A stretch of 52,150 nucleotides of DNA from a virus (IMGVR_UViG_3300037200_000348:1-52150), one strand, 5' to 3'. Positions 36,637 through 45,601 are shown, counted from the first letter of the stretch. The notes: generated by a model from the letters alone, not told the origin. Translations and numbers: made by a program.

Positions 36637-36657
36637 ACTGGTGGAGGAAAACTCAAG

Positions 36658-36885
36658 ATGGCAAAGACTGCAAAGGAATGGACCCGCGATGAGTACATCG
36701 CCATGCAAACGGCGAATGTCATGCGCGAGGAGCCCGGTATCACCGAAGCTGCCGCAGCGAAGGTCGCGGACCTTCAGTATCGGACGGGGTTTGCGCACCG
36801 TGGCCTCCTGAACCCGGCGACGGGTGAGGTCGAGGACCTACGTGTCATCATCGCGGAGATGCAAGCGACTCGTGAAGCGCGTTAG
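36658..36885 (+). CDS. small hypothetical protein
   Basis: GGAGG RBS after promoter. Confidence 0.7.
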   Translation: MAKTAKEWTRDEYIAMQTANVMREEPGITEAAAAKVADLQYRTGFAHRGLLNPATGEVEDLRVIIAEMQATREAR

Positions 36886-36891
36886 CAAGGC

Positions 36892-39696
36892 ATGAGGTAT
36901 CTCTCCGTCTGTTCGGGAATCGAAGCAGCAACTGTTGCATGGGGTTCTCTCGGATGGCAGCCCGTCGCGTTTGCCGAGATCGACCCGTTCGCTTGCGCGG
37001 TCCTCGCGCACCACTATCCCGAGGTCCCGAACCTCGGCGACTTTACAAAGATTGGACCCGAAGACGTTGGAGCAATCGACCTTCTTGTTGGCGGAACACC
37101 GTGCTTTGCGTCCGGAACGCTCGTCACGCTCGATCGCGGGTTGGTGCCCATCGAAGAGGTGCGCGTAGGTGACCGCGCCCTGACGCACGAGGGTACGTTC
37201 GAGCGCGTCTCGGCCGTCGGGAGCAAGTCGGCACCGACCGTGCGCGTGCGCGGGCAATCCGGCGACGTCACGACGACCGCCGACCACCGCTTCTGGTCGT
37301 CCAGCACGATGTCGCGTTCGACGCGGCGCGGCGGCGTGGCCGCGCGCGAGACAACCCGCAGCGAACCTGGTTGGACGGCCGCGAAGGACCTCGTCGGCGC
37401 GCACGTCGCGACCCCAACGGTGGTCCCGATGCTTCCCGTCCCGCCCGTGTCCGCCCTCGGACGCGAACGCGAAGGCCCGGCGATCTCGGAGCAGTTTATG
37501 TGGTGCGCGGGGGCGTGGCTAGGTGACGGATGGACGCGCGTATGGGAGGGTGGCCGCAGAGGCGCCGTCGTCGTGTGCGCCGCGCGCGGACCGCAGGCCC
37601 GGGAACTCGAACGCAACATGCGCGACGTGTTCGGGAGCGTCACCCTGACGCAGGAACGCACGACGGAGCGCCTGGCGGCGTATTCGCTCGCGACGGTGCG
37701 CTGGCTACGGGAGAACTTCGGGAGCGGCGCGGCGGGCAAGACCGTTCCGACGTGGTTGCTTGGAGCGCCCGAGGGATTGCGTCGCGCGTTCCTCGCGGGC
37801 TACCTTTTCGCCGACGGGAGCACCATGCCCAACGGCCGCCGATGCACGACCGTCTCGCCGCGCGTGGCCCTTGGGATCGCGATGCTGGCCCACACCCTGG
37901 GATTTTCTACAAGCCGCTACGAGACGCGCGTCGATCCGACGACCGTCATCGAGGGGCGGACCGTCACACAGCGCCCCTGGTGGCAGGTTTCCATCTACGA
38001 CCGCGCGCGTTCGTCCTGGACGGACGGCCGCCACCGCTTCGGCCTTTGCCGTAGCGTCGAACCCACAGGGAGGACCGAGACCGTCCATGACCTCACCGTC
38101 GAACGATCCAACTCTTATGTTGCTGCCGGGCTTGTCGTCCACAACTGCCAAGACTTCTCCGTTGCCGGACTGCGAGCCGGACTTGCGGGCGATCGAGGAC
38201 AACTCGCCATTGAGTTCGCTCGACTTGCTGCGCGTTTACGTCCCCGCTGGCTTATCTGGGAAAATGTCCCCGGTGTTTTGTCCGCAGACAAAGGAGGGGC
38301 CTTTGGAATCTTCCTCGGGGCGCTGGCAGAATGCGGGTATGGGTTCGCCTACAGAGTTTTGGACGCTCAAAACTTCGGAGTCCCACAGCGCCGCCGTCGC
38401 GTGTTCGTTGTCGGACATCTTGGAGAATGGCGACGTGCCGCAGCGGTACTTTTTGAGCGCGAAAGCCTGTCGTGGAATACTCCGCCGCGCAAAAAAGCGC
38501 GGAAAGACATTGCCGGAACTCTTGGAGCGCGCACTTCGGCAGGTGGCGGATTCGGAACCGACTTTGACTTAGACGGCGTCCTCGTCGAGTCGTACAGCCC
38601 TGGCTCGTTCGGCACGTACAGCGAGGGCATAAAAGCCCTGCGGGCGGGAAGCACGGGTGCGGGCAAAGATGCCTTGCTCGTCGCGCATACGTTGCGCGGC
38701 GAGGGTCATGACGCAAGCGAAGACGGCACGGGGCGCGGCGTTCCGCTAACGATCTCATTTGGCGCACAAGCCGACTTGTCGCCTACTCTGCGCGCAATGT
38801 CTCACCGAGACTCGCACCAGAACGCAGGCGGGCAAATTACGGTTCCGTTCTCACAGAACTCGCGCGACGAGATTCGCATGGTGGGCGGAGACGGCGGTGT
38901 CGTCGGAGCGTTGTCGGCCGAAACCGGCATGGTGGCCTTTACGTGTAAGCAAGATGGCACCGACGCAGGCGCAGTATCGCCAACGTTGCGTTCGATGAAT
39001 CACGCGGACAGTCATGCAAATGGCGGGGGGCAAGTCGCCATTACCGTTCCGCTTTCTGGAGTGCGGCGATTGACGCCGCGCGAATGTACTAGGTTGCAGG
39101 GATTCCCGGACGATTACCTTACGATGCGGTATGCCGATGCCGAGGAAGCCCACACCGCTCAAATATTGCACGAATTGTGGAACGCGGCTGGAGCGATCGC
39201 GCGAGAAGGATGGCGACCTGGAGTCGTTGCAGCACTTCTCACGCCGGAAATATTGCTCGCGGGCGTGTATGGCGGATGGGTTTCGTGGAAGCTGGCGAGA
39301 CGATGTGCTGCCGCACGAAGGACGTTACAGGGCGCGGAGCCTTGGCCCGAAGGGTTCGTGTTCGCGTTGCGGGACGGAGAAGAACGTCGATCGTCACCAT
39401 ACCGACGAGAATCCTTTGAACAATGCGCCCGAGAACTTGGTCGACCTCTGTCGTCGGTGCCACCTGGCCGAGCATCGTGTTCCGAGATTCTGCGAAGAAG
39501 CGGGTTGTGGGCGGAAGCACAGGCGCTATGGCCTCTGCGATATGCACTCGCAACGCCTTCGCAGATCGAAAAAGGACGTATCGACGTAGCCGACGGACTG
39601 AAGTACCGCGCGCTCGGCAACAGCATGGCGGTCCCCGTCATGCGCTGGATTGGCGAGCGAATCGCAATGGTTGATGCGATATTTAGTCGCAACTAA
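36892..39696 (+). CDS. phage C5 cytosine methyltransferase with intein, repeated TRD-like modules and C-terminal insertion
   Basis: SVCSGIEA (I), GGTP/CQDFS (IV), WENVPG (VI), PQRRRRVF (VIII), RRLTPRECTRLQGFPD (IX), KYRALGNSMAVPV (X). Confidence 0.92.
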   Translation: MRYLSVCSGIEAATVAWGSLGWQPVAFAEIDPFACAVLAHHYPEVPNLGDFTKIGPEDVGAIDLLVGGTPCFASGTLVTLDRGLVPIEEVRVGDRALTHEGTFERVSAVGSKSAPTVRVRGQSGDVTTTADHRFWSSSTMSRSTRRGGVAARETTRSEPGWTAAKDLVGAHVATPTVVPMLPVPPVSALGREREGPAISEQFMWCAGAWLGDGWTRVWEGGRRGAVVVCAARGPQARELERNMRDVFGSVTLTQERTTERLAAYSLATVRWLRENFGSGAAGKTVPTWLLGAPEGLRRAFLAGYLFADGSTMPNGRRCTTVSPRVALGIAMLAHTLGFSTSRYETRVDPTTVIEGRTVTQRPWWQVSIYDRARSSWTDGRHRFGLCRSVEPTGRTETVHDLTVERSNSYVAAGLVVHNCQDFSVAGLRAGLAGDRGQLAIEFARLAARLRPRWLIWENVPGVLSADKGGAFGIFLGALAECGYGFAYRVLDAQNFGVPQRRRRVFVVGHLGEWRRAAAVLFERESLSWNTPPRKKARKDIAGTLGARTSAGGGFGTDFDLDGVLVESYSPGSFGTYSEGIKALRAGSTGAGKDALLVAHTLRGEGHDASEDGTGRGVPLTISFGAQADLSPTLRAMSHRDSHQNAGGQITVPFSQNSRDEIRMVGGDGGVVGALSAETGMVAFTCKQDGTDAGAVSPTLRSMNHADSHANGGGQVAITVPLSGVRRLTPRECTRLQGFPDDYLTMRYADAEEAHTAQILHELWNAAGAIAREGWRPGVVAALLTPEILLAGVYGGWVSWKLARRCAAARRTLQGAEPWPEGFVFALRDGEERRSSPYRRESFEQCARELGRPLSSVPPGRASCSEILRRSGLWAEAQALWPLRYALATPSQIEKGRIDVADGLKYRALGNSMAVPVMRWIGERIAMVDAIFSRN
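37102..38145 (+). mobile_element. intein (348 aa, LAGLIDADG) inserted before the catalytic Cys
   Basis: TP/CFASGTLV...TTADHRFW...GAWLGDG...FLAGYLFADG...SYVAAGLVVHN/CQD. Confidence 0.93.
38087..38572 (+). CDS. overlapping (+1 frame) EcoHK31I-beta-like methylase subunit; start uncertain (38087, 38117 or 38264)
   Basis: SLSDILE.GDVPQRYFLSAKACRGILRRA..RGK.LP.LL..AL motif in the alternative frame. Confidence 0.65.
   Translation: MTSPSNDPTLMLLPGLSSTTAKTSPLPDCEPDLRAIEDNSPLSSLDLLRVYVPAGLSGKMSPVFCPQTKEGPLESSSGRWQNAGMGSPTEFWTLKTSESHSAAVACSLSDILENGDVPQRYFLSAKACRGILRRAKKRGKTLPELLERALRQVADSEPTLT
39131..39589 (+). CDS. HNH endonuclease nested in the +1 frame of the methyltransferase
   Basis: CTNCG...YCSRAC; CSRCG...DRHHTDENPLNNAPENLVDLCRRCHLAEH. 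Confidence 0.85.
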   Translation: MPMPRKPTPLKYCTNCGTRLERSREKDGDLESLQHFSRRKYCSRACMADGFRGSWRDDVLPHEGRYRARSLGPKGSCSRCGTEKNVDRHHTDENPLNNAPENLVDLCRRCHLAEHRVPRFCEEAGCGRKHRRYGLCDMHSQRLRRSKKDVST

Positions 39697-40712
39697 ATCA
39701 CCATCACGCGCTGATATTTTTCAAGGCCTTTCATTGTGGCCTCATCCTCTTTGTCGAGTGACCCACCGTACGGCTCGCCGCCGTACGATTCCGAGGCGCC
39801 ATCGACCGAAAGCGATGACAGGCCGTTCGTGAGATTATACCATCCCTGGCGCCGCACGCGATTCGCTACGAGGCGCGCTACGCTCGTCGTGATGCCGGTC
39901 GGCATGCCGGATGACCAGTCGATCGGCGACGCACCCGTACCGTCACCCTTGGGCCCGGCAGAGGGATTGATGACCATGCCGGTGTCGGCGTCGAAGACGA
40001 GCGCGGTGCCGTCCTGGTATTTCGTTGGGGGGAAGCCGAACGTGTAATGGACCTCGACGTTGACCTGGCCCGGAATGAAGCTGTAATTCCACATGGGGAG
40101 CGAGAGCCCGGCGTAGAGCACGCGCGGCGGTATCGTAAGAATCCCGCGGCGCGTGTCGACGTACATATCGGCGTCCTCGATGCCGGTTGCATATATCGCG
40201 CCACCCGAAGATTCCGTTGCAGCTACGACGTCGACCGGGAACGTCTCCGGTGGCGTCGGGAGCGGCTCTTGGCCGCCGATGCGCCAATTCTCCGTGCCGT
40301 CGAGGCGACGAATCTTCCCGAAGTGATACCACACCTGCGAGGGAAGAATACGAAGATAGACCGTCGTGACGTCACGGATGTTCTTGTACGGCAACGTGAG
40401 TTGCGGGCCGCCTGGGCCGTCGAAGAACTGCTGGATGAAGCACCAGTCGTACGGCGAGCCCAGAAACTTGACAACGAGGTCGGTCGCCTCTTGGATGTAT
40501 ATATTGACGAGCGACTCGAACGTGTCGAGCGTGCCGTTGCAATCCTTGAAGTTGCCGAGATTCGTGCCGAGTAATAGCGCCTGCACCTGACGCAAGCTGC
40601 AGTGCGGTTGCGCGTCGTCCTCCGCGCGCACGAGCACCCTCGCCGGAATCGTTTGCGGGTACTTCGGCAACGGGAGTGCAGGACGGATGTATGGGCCCGG
40701 AAAGAAGCTCAT
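39693..40712 (-). CDS. head-tail adaptor protein
   Basis: NVEVHYTFGF...MP.GI...V..L...LSSLSVDGASESY; follows MCP. Confidence 0.7.
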   Translation of the reverse strand: MSFFPGPYIRPALPLPKYPQTIPARVLVRAEDDAQPHCSLRQVQALLLGTNLGNFKDCNGTLDTFESLVNIYIQEATDLVVKFLGSPYDWCFIQQFFDGPGGPQLTLPYKNIRDVTTVYLRILPSQVWYHFGKIRRLDGTENWRIGGQEPLPTPPETFPVDVVAATESSGGAIYATGIEDADMYVDTRRGILTIPPRVLYAGLSLPMWNYSFIPGQVNVEVHYTFGFPPTKYQDGTALVFDADTGMVINPSAGPKGDGTGASPIDWSSGMPTGITTSVARLVANRVRRQGWYNLTNGLSSLSVDGASESYGGEPYGGSLDKEDEATMKGLEKYQRVMVI

Positions 40713-40726
40713 GCGCGGGACGTTCG

Positions 40727-41803
40727 CTACGCGGCGGTGGAGTCTTTGGCCGCCTTGCGCTCGCGATACCGGGCAGCCCTGGCGTTGGCCGCAAGACGCT
40801 TCTCTTCGGCGAAGTTCGGCGAGCGCTTTGCCGCCCAGTGAGCGGCGTTCTTCTCGCCGATTTTTCGGCGATGCTCCTTCGATGGCGGCCCGATGATGCG
40901 GCCGGTGAGCGACGCGGAGATTTTCGCCTTCGTCTCATCGGAGTGCGGCTTCTTTTTCATCCCGGTGATCGTTGCCACGCGCTTCGCGATGTGCTCCGGC
41001 GACTGCTTGCGCCCTGTGTTCGCGGCGATCGTGGCCGCACGGCATTCGGGCGAGATGCGCGCCCATGGCTGCCCGCGATTCGCGTCGCCTATCTTGCGCC
41101 GATGCTCTTCCGTTAAGGGTTTCCCGAGCTTCGCTTGGCGCATAAGCTCGCGCGTCTCGGCGCTTGGACTCTGGCCACGCGCCCACTCAGCGAAGGCCAC
41201 GGTGACCTCGGGGTGCTCTTCGCGATAGCGGCGCAACGAGACGCTGATTTTCGCGCGCACCTCGGGTGTATGAAGATGCGCCGGAGCGCGGCCCTGCATC
41301 GCCGCCGTCGCCTTGGCGCGGGCCTCTGGGGTATTCAGGCGCTCGTGGGAGGCGGTTTCGATCGAGTGACGGCGATGAGCTTCGCGGCCCTCTTCGGTGT
41401 AGCCAGCCTTAATTGCGGCGGCGCGGCGAGCGATGTTCTCGGCAACCTTCCAGTACACGCTATGGAAAGCGCTACCCTTGGCCTTACATTCGTCGGATTG
41501 GGGAACGCCGAAACGCGAGCCAGCGACCTGCGCGACATTGTAGACCGGCTTCCAAAGGTCGATGTATGCCTGCTCGCGCTCGATGAGCCTGGACTGCCCA
41601 GCAACCTCTTCGAGAACGCTAAACTCGAAGGCGTCTGGACCGTACTTGTTCCAAGAATTTTGGAGGTACTTCGCCGGGTGATTGCCGCGCCTGAGAACGT
41701 ACCGATGCTGCTTCCATCTGGTCGGTATATTCACAGAACTTCCGACGTATGAATTGCCGCTCTCGCGATGCCGGATAAGATAAATGCCGCTCGCAACTTT
41801 CAT
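40727..41803 (-). CDS. GIY-YIG homing endonuclease with NUMOD3-like repeats
   Basis: SGIYLI...SYVGSS, LQNSWNKYG, REQ.YID...P.YN; repeated H(T/S)EE.R.KI; start 41803 preferred because the 41815 ATG overlaps the -10 box. Confidence 0.9.
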   Translation of the reverse strand: MKVASGIYLIRHRESGNSYVGSSVNIPTRWKQHRYVLRRGNHPAKYLQNSWNKYGPDAFEFSVLEEVAGQSRLIEREQAYIDLWKPVYNVAQVAGSRFGVPQSDECKAKGSAFHSVYWKVAENIARRAAAIKAGYTEEGREAHRRHSIETASHERLNTPEARAKATAAMQGRAPAHLHTPEVRAKISVSLRRYREEHPEVTVAFAEWARGQSPSAETRELMRQAKLGKPLTEEHRRKIGDANRGQPWARISPECRAATIAANTGRKQSPEHIAKRVATITGMKKKPHSDETKAKISASLTGRIIGPPSKEHRRKIGEKNAAHWAAKRSPNFAEEKRLAANARAARYRERKAAKDSTAA

Positions 41804-41813
41804 TGTGAACGGC

Positions 41814-41842
41814 ATTGTACCACTCTTTGACTTTCTTTACAA
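41814..41842 (-). promoter_or_regulatory. promoter of the GIY-YIG gene
   Basis: TTGTAA-17nt-TACAAT with TGn; spacer contains AAAGTCAAA. Confidence 0.65.
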
Positions 41843-41878
41843 TAGGGTTATTCGATCGGGCGTCTTTGCCCTCGTATT

Positions 41879-43009
41879 TTACGAGATTCCCAACGCACCA
41901 ATCAGGCTCAAAAGCCCGTGGAATATGAATGCGAGGGCAAAGACTCCGTAAATTGGGGGAAGCGTTGCGTTCAGCCCTTGAAGGAGCCCCTGGTACTGCG
42001 TGATGCCGATTTGCAGCATGCTCGTCTCGTAGACGATGCCGCGGTCGGCCGTCGTGATCGCCTGGAGGTCGACGTAGTGGAGCTTGTCGACGTCGACCAT
42101 CTGCACGGCGTTGCCGGAGTTCTTGTCGTCGGAGGTCGAGTCGTCCAGGAAGATGATGCGTTCGAGCCCGGTGTTCGGGTCCGGAATCATGTACTGGTCC
42201 ATGATGAGGTCGACGGCCCCGGTACCGAAGTTCCAGGTGTCGATTTCAAAACCGCCGTTGACCGGCCCCATAGCCGCCGACCCACCCTGGCGGATGGCAT
42301 AGAGCGGCTGCAGCATCTGCGTGAGCAACGCCATGATCGTGTAGCTCATGACGAGCGCGCGTGTGCGTCCACCGGCCTTCTTGATGGCGTAGCACTGCTG
42401 GCGGATTTGCGCGTAGTTGAGCGCCGCGCCGCCTCCGGCCGAGACGTCGAGGATGTTGAATCCGTCGGCCTGGATTTGGGTGATAAGGCCGTCGAAGGCC
42501 AGGCCGTTCGTCAGCGACGAACTACCGTTGAGGATGAAGTATTCCTCGGCGAGCCCAACATTTATCATTTTGACGCGCTTCTGCTGCGCCAGAATGTCGA
42601 TGAACGAGGCGTCTTGCGCCTTGTCCTGCCACGCGACGATGACCATGTCGCCGATGTTGCTGTACGGACGCGACACGTACTCGTACTGTGGGTCGAGAGC
42701 GGCCGGGAGGCCACCCTTTGCGAACGCGGCGCCCGAGGGGTCGGTGCCGAGATACTTGGTCGTCGTCTGATTGATGCCCGCATTCGAGACGAGCTTGTAG
42801 AAGGCGTGCGCCTTGCCCTCGCCCTTGATGCGGGTAAGCCGGTTGCGCACGGGCGTGTCGAGGTTCGCCGCCAGCTTCAGGTCGTCTTCGAGGTCCTGTC
42901 GGACGACTTCGAGGCCCGGTACAGCCGTCGTGGACTTACGAATTTGGTCGAACTTCCGAAGGTCCGCGACGATTTGGTCCGGGCTCCGAAACTCTGCTAA
43001 CTTGGCCAC
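41879..43009 (-). CDS. major capsid protein (SPO1/A511/SU10-like)
   Basis: VVRQDLEDDL, EEYFILNG...AFDGL; strong codon bias; follows scaffold. Confidence 0.85.
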   Translation of the reverse strand: MAKLAEFRSPDQIVADLRKFDQIRKSTTAVPGLEVVRQDLEDDLKLAANLDTPVRNRLTRIKGEGKAHAFYKLVSNAGINQTTTKYLGTDPSGAAFAKGGLPAALDPQYEYVSRPYSNIGDMVIVAWQDKAQDASFIDILAQQKRVKMINVGLAEEYFILNGSSSLTNGLAFDGLITQIQADGFNILDVSAGGGAALNYAQIRQQCYAIKKAGGRTRALVMSYTIMALLTQMLQPLYAIRQGGSAAMGPVNGGFEIDTWNFGTGAVDLIMDQYMIPDPNTGLERIIFLDDSTSDDKNSGNAVQMVDVDKLHYVDLQAITTADRGIVYETSMLQIGITQYQGLLQGLNATLPPIYGVFALAFIFHGLLSLIGALGIS

Positions 43010-43111
43010 GTTACTGGGCTCCCCTCACAGGCGGTTTTTTCGGCATCCGTCCCCTTACGCGCCAACGCAGTGGGATGGACTTCTAGCCGATGTTTTTGGA
43101 AAAGCGGCTCG

Positions 43112-43879
43112 TTACGCCCGAGCCATGAGTTCGGTTTCGAGCCGCATTATTTCGTCTGCGACCTTTTGCTTCTCGATCGTCTCGGTATCCGAGAACTTGA
43201 TCTTCGATGACATTTTTTCGAGGAAGCCCTGGCGCGTGGACTTGAGCACTTCGAGGCGCTCCTGCTTGAGCGTACGCTCATCTTTTCCGCCGTCGCCGTT
43301 CGGTACCTCTTGCGAACCGTTCTTGAGGACGAGTTCGCCCTTGCGGGGAACCGCCGTACCGCCGCCACCCTCGACGCCAGCCAGCGCTTTCGCAACCGCA
43401 GCTTCGATCATCGCGGGAACGTCGTCGAGGCGCTTCGCCAGCGTGGAAGTGGAGCGCGACTTCGTGAACGCAGCCTTGCGCGCCTTAAAGGCGTCGTCAC
43501 TCTCGTCCCGCTGCTGTTCTGGCGCCTGCTCATCTTCGTCGGCGAGGCTGTCGAGCCCAGCGCCCTTCATGATGGCGCCCTTGCACTTTTCGAGGTTCTG
43601 GGCGTGCTGCATCGACTCTTCTTTCGAAGGCCAGTTGCTCTCATCGTCGTCGCTCATCGCGTCGCCGCTGTCCTGACCGTAGCCGGACGCGTCCATGTCT
43701 TCCTTGCGGATATCCTCGGAAACGTCGGCCGCCTTGTTCAGGATGATGTGGCCGTCTTTGTCGCGGCCCATGATCGCCGACTTCGGGATGACGATGAAGA
43801 GGTCGTCCTTCTTGGCTGACTTCATCACGTCGAGCTTCGCGTACTCGTCCAGGGACTTGATTTTACCGAGCTTTGCCAC
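43112..43879 (-). CDS. capsid scaffolding protein
   Basis: Charged, helical, between protease and MCP; AGGAG RBS. Confidence 0.65.
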   Translation of the reverse strand: MAKLGKIKSLDEYAKLDVMKSAKKDDLFIVIPKSAIMGRDKDGHIILNKAADVSEDIRKEDMDASGYGQDSGDAMSDDDESNWPSKEESMQHAQNLEKCKGAIMKGAGLDSLADEDEQAPEQQRDESDDAFKARKAAFTKSRSTSTLAKRLDDVPAMIEAAVAKALAGVEGGGGTAVPRKGELVLKNGSQEVPNGDGGKDERTLKQERLEVLKSTRQGFLEKMSSKIKFSDTETIEKQKVADEIMRLETELMARA

Positions 43880-43890
43880 GTTTAGTGCTC

Positions 43891-44478
43891 CTAGAGGTCG
43901 ATGGCCTTGCGGCCGACGAGTTGGTACGCTTTGCGCCCGGTCTGGCTAAATATGAGGGCGTTCCCGCGCTTCATGACGGCGGTGATGATGCATGACGCGT
44001 TCGCGGGGGTGTCTACGAGGGACAGTTCATCAAGCTCGTAGTCCAGAATCCGGTGAACCTTTTTTCCGGTCGCCTTATTGAGTTCCATTCGGCTGCGAAG
44101 AACGCGTCCACCGATTGAGTAACCCCGTAAGGTTCCGTCGAGGACCTTCTCCCATGTCGGCTGGGCCCCTTTCGATACATGGGTGCCGACGAGGATTTTC
44201 CTTTCGCCCGGGATTCCGAGAACTTGAATCGCATGGCCCGCGGCGGTGTCGCCGTGCATCTCGCGCACGTTTCCAGCCCAGCGCTTGAAGGCTTTAATCG
44301 TGCCTTCGAAGTCCACGATATCGTTTTGCGAATCGGGTTTGTCTTCTTCTGTTTGCCCAACACCCCATACGATGCGCCGCTCCCGGTCGATCTTCGAGAA
44401 TGGCATATAGACGCGACCCGCGCGCATGCCTGCGGCGAGCGATGGTAGCTGATATTGACCAAAGGCAATGTCATGCAC
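43891..44478 (-). CDS. prohead protease (XkdF-like)
   Basis: KIDRERRIVWG, DSQNDIV, REMH, WEKV.DG.L.GYSIGG, ELSLVDTPAN. Confidence 0.88.
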   Translation of the reverse strand: MHDIAFGQYQLPSLAAGMRAGRVYMPFSKIDRERRIVWGVGQTEEDKPDSQNDIVDFEGTIKAFKRWAGNVREMHGDTAAGHAIQVLGIPGERKILVGTHVSKGAQPTWEKVLDGTLRGYSIGGRVLRSRMELNKATGKKVHRILDYELDELSLVDTPANASCIITAVMKRGNALIFSQTGRKAYQLVGRKAIDL

Positions 44479-44812
44479 GGGATTTCTCCTGCGCCTTGTA
44501 GTCGGGAATCTGTAGCATACGCAGAACCGTCGGCAAGATAAACGCGGCGATTTTCTCCGTGTCAGTTGCGCTCATCTCGACCTTGTGCGGCGAGAGCAAC
44601 GCGACGATACCATAGTCGCCAAAGCGAAGGTCCTTAATTTGTTCGGCGATTTTTTTCGAGATGACCTGCGTCTGCTCGGGAGTATCGGAGACGATCTGAA
44701 AAATGACGACGATATTTTTGTCGCTCGGCTTTTGCGTCTTGAACGGGAGTGCTCCCCGGCCAACGGCTGGCGGGCCATACCCGCCGCCGCTGACTGAACT
44801 CGGGAGGCCCAT
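44471..44812 (-). CDS. hypothetical protein
   Basis: Coupled within the head operon. Confidence 0.6.
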   Translation of the reverse strand: MGLPSSVSGGGYGPPAVGRGALPFKTQKPSDKNIVVIFQIVSDTPEQTQVISKKIAEQIKDLRFGDYGIVALLSPHKVEMSATDTEKIAAFILPTVLRMLQIPDYKAQEKSRA

Positions 44813-44815
44813 CCG

Positions 44816-45601
44816 CTAGTAAATGCTCGTGATTTGGTCGAGTGTCGCGGGAGCGTACAGCGCGGTGCCCGACGTCGGGCCGACGCACGCTTCCGCGTGC
44901 ACGCCCTTCTTGTACGGCAGGTTTACATTTGCGCCGTTGTCGACCGCCGCTGCGCCTGCTGCAACGCCGAGAGCGACATAGTAGAGCACGTTGCCGCTGA
45001 CGTCGCACGCCACGATATCGAACGTCGGCGTCGTAGCCGCTGCCGTGCAGACGGTGCTTGACGCGGGCGCCGTGATCGTGACGATGTTCGCCGGGCTCGC
45101 AGAGAGCGCCGCCGCCGTCGCCGCTACCGTTGTGCGCGCTCCGAGAAGGCTGTAACGGAAGCCGCGACCCGATGCCCCACCGCCGATGGCGGAGACGGGC
45201 GCGATTTGACCGGCACCGAGACCCTGGTTTGGCGTGCGGCCTTCGGGCGGGGCTCCCGGCACGAAGCGCGTTGCGCCGATCGTTCCGAGGCCTGGGCCCG
45301 GTACGAGCGGGTAGCGTACGATCGCACCATAGTAACGAGTCGTTGAACCTGCGGTGCCGCTATAGACGGACGCGGGCGCGGGAACCGCTTCGGCGTTTGC
45401 GTCGAAGAACGCCAGAATCGCGAGAAGCGCTTGCTTCTGCGTGAAGCCCGAGAGCCCACCGGTCGTCGCGAGCATGTTGAACTTGGCCATCGCGGCGACC
45501 GTGTCGACCTCGTTGTCGCACAGGAAGCCGATCATCGGGTCGGTCAACTGGCCGTTTGAAAACGTCGACGCGAACGAGCCGGTAGGCAGCGGATAGCTCA
45601 T
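44816..45601 (-). CDS. putative capsid decoration / structural protein
   Basis: GGAGG RBS; Ala/Thr/Gly-rich; head module. Confidence 0.5.
   Translation of the reverse strand: MSYPLPTGSFASTFSNGQLTDPMIGFLCDNEVDTVAAMAKFNMLATTGGLSGFTQKQALLAILAFFDANAEAVPAPASVYSGTAGSTTRYYGAIVRYPLVPGPGLGTIGATRFVPGAPPEGRTPNQGLGAGQIAPVSAIGGGASGRGFRYSLLGARTTVAATAAALSASPANIVTITAPASSTVCTAAATTPTFDIVACDVSGNVLYYVALGVAAGAAAVDNGANVNLPYKKGVHAEACVGPTSGTALYAPATLDQITSIY

Noticed and set aside
39120-39600. Group I intron or second intein explaining the methylase insertion
   Set aside because: No non-coding flanks for an intron core and no Cys/Ser...His-Asn intein ends
39159-39692. 177-aa antisense ORF over the HNH/methylase overlap
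   Set aside because: No motifs; antisense openness is expected where two sense frames are constrained in GC-rich DNA
41918-43000. 360-aa plus-strand ORF antisense to the capsid gene
   Set aside because: Typical shadow ORF from strong GC3 bias; V/D/R/L-rich, no motifs, no RBS
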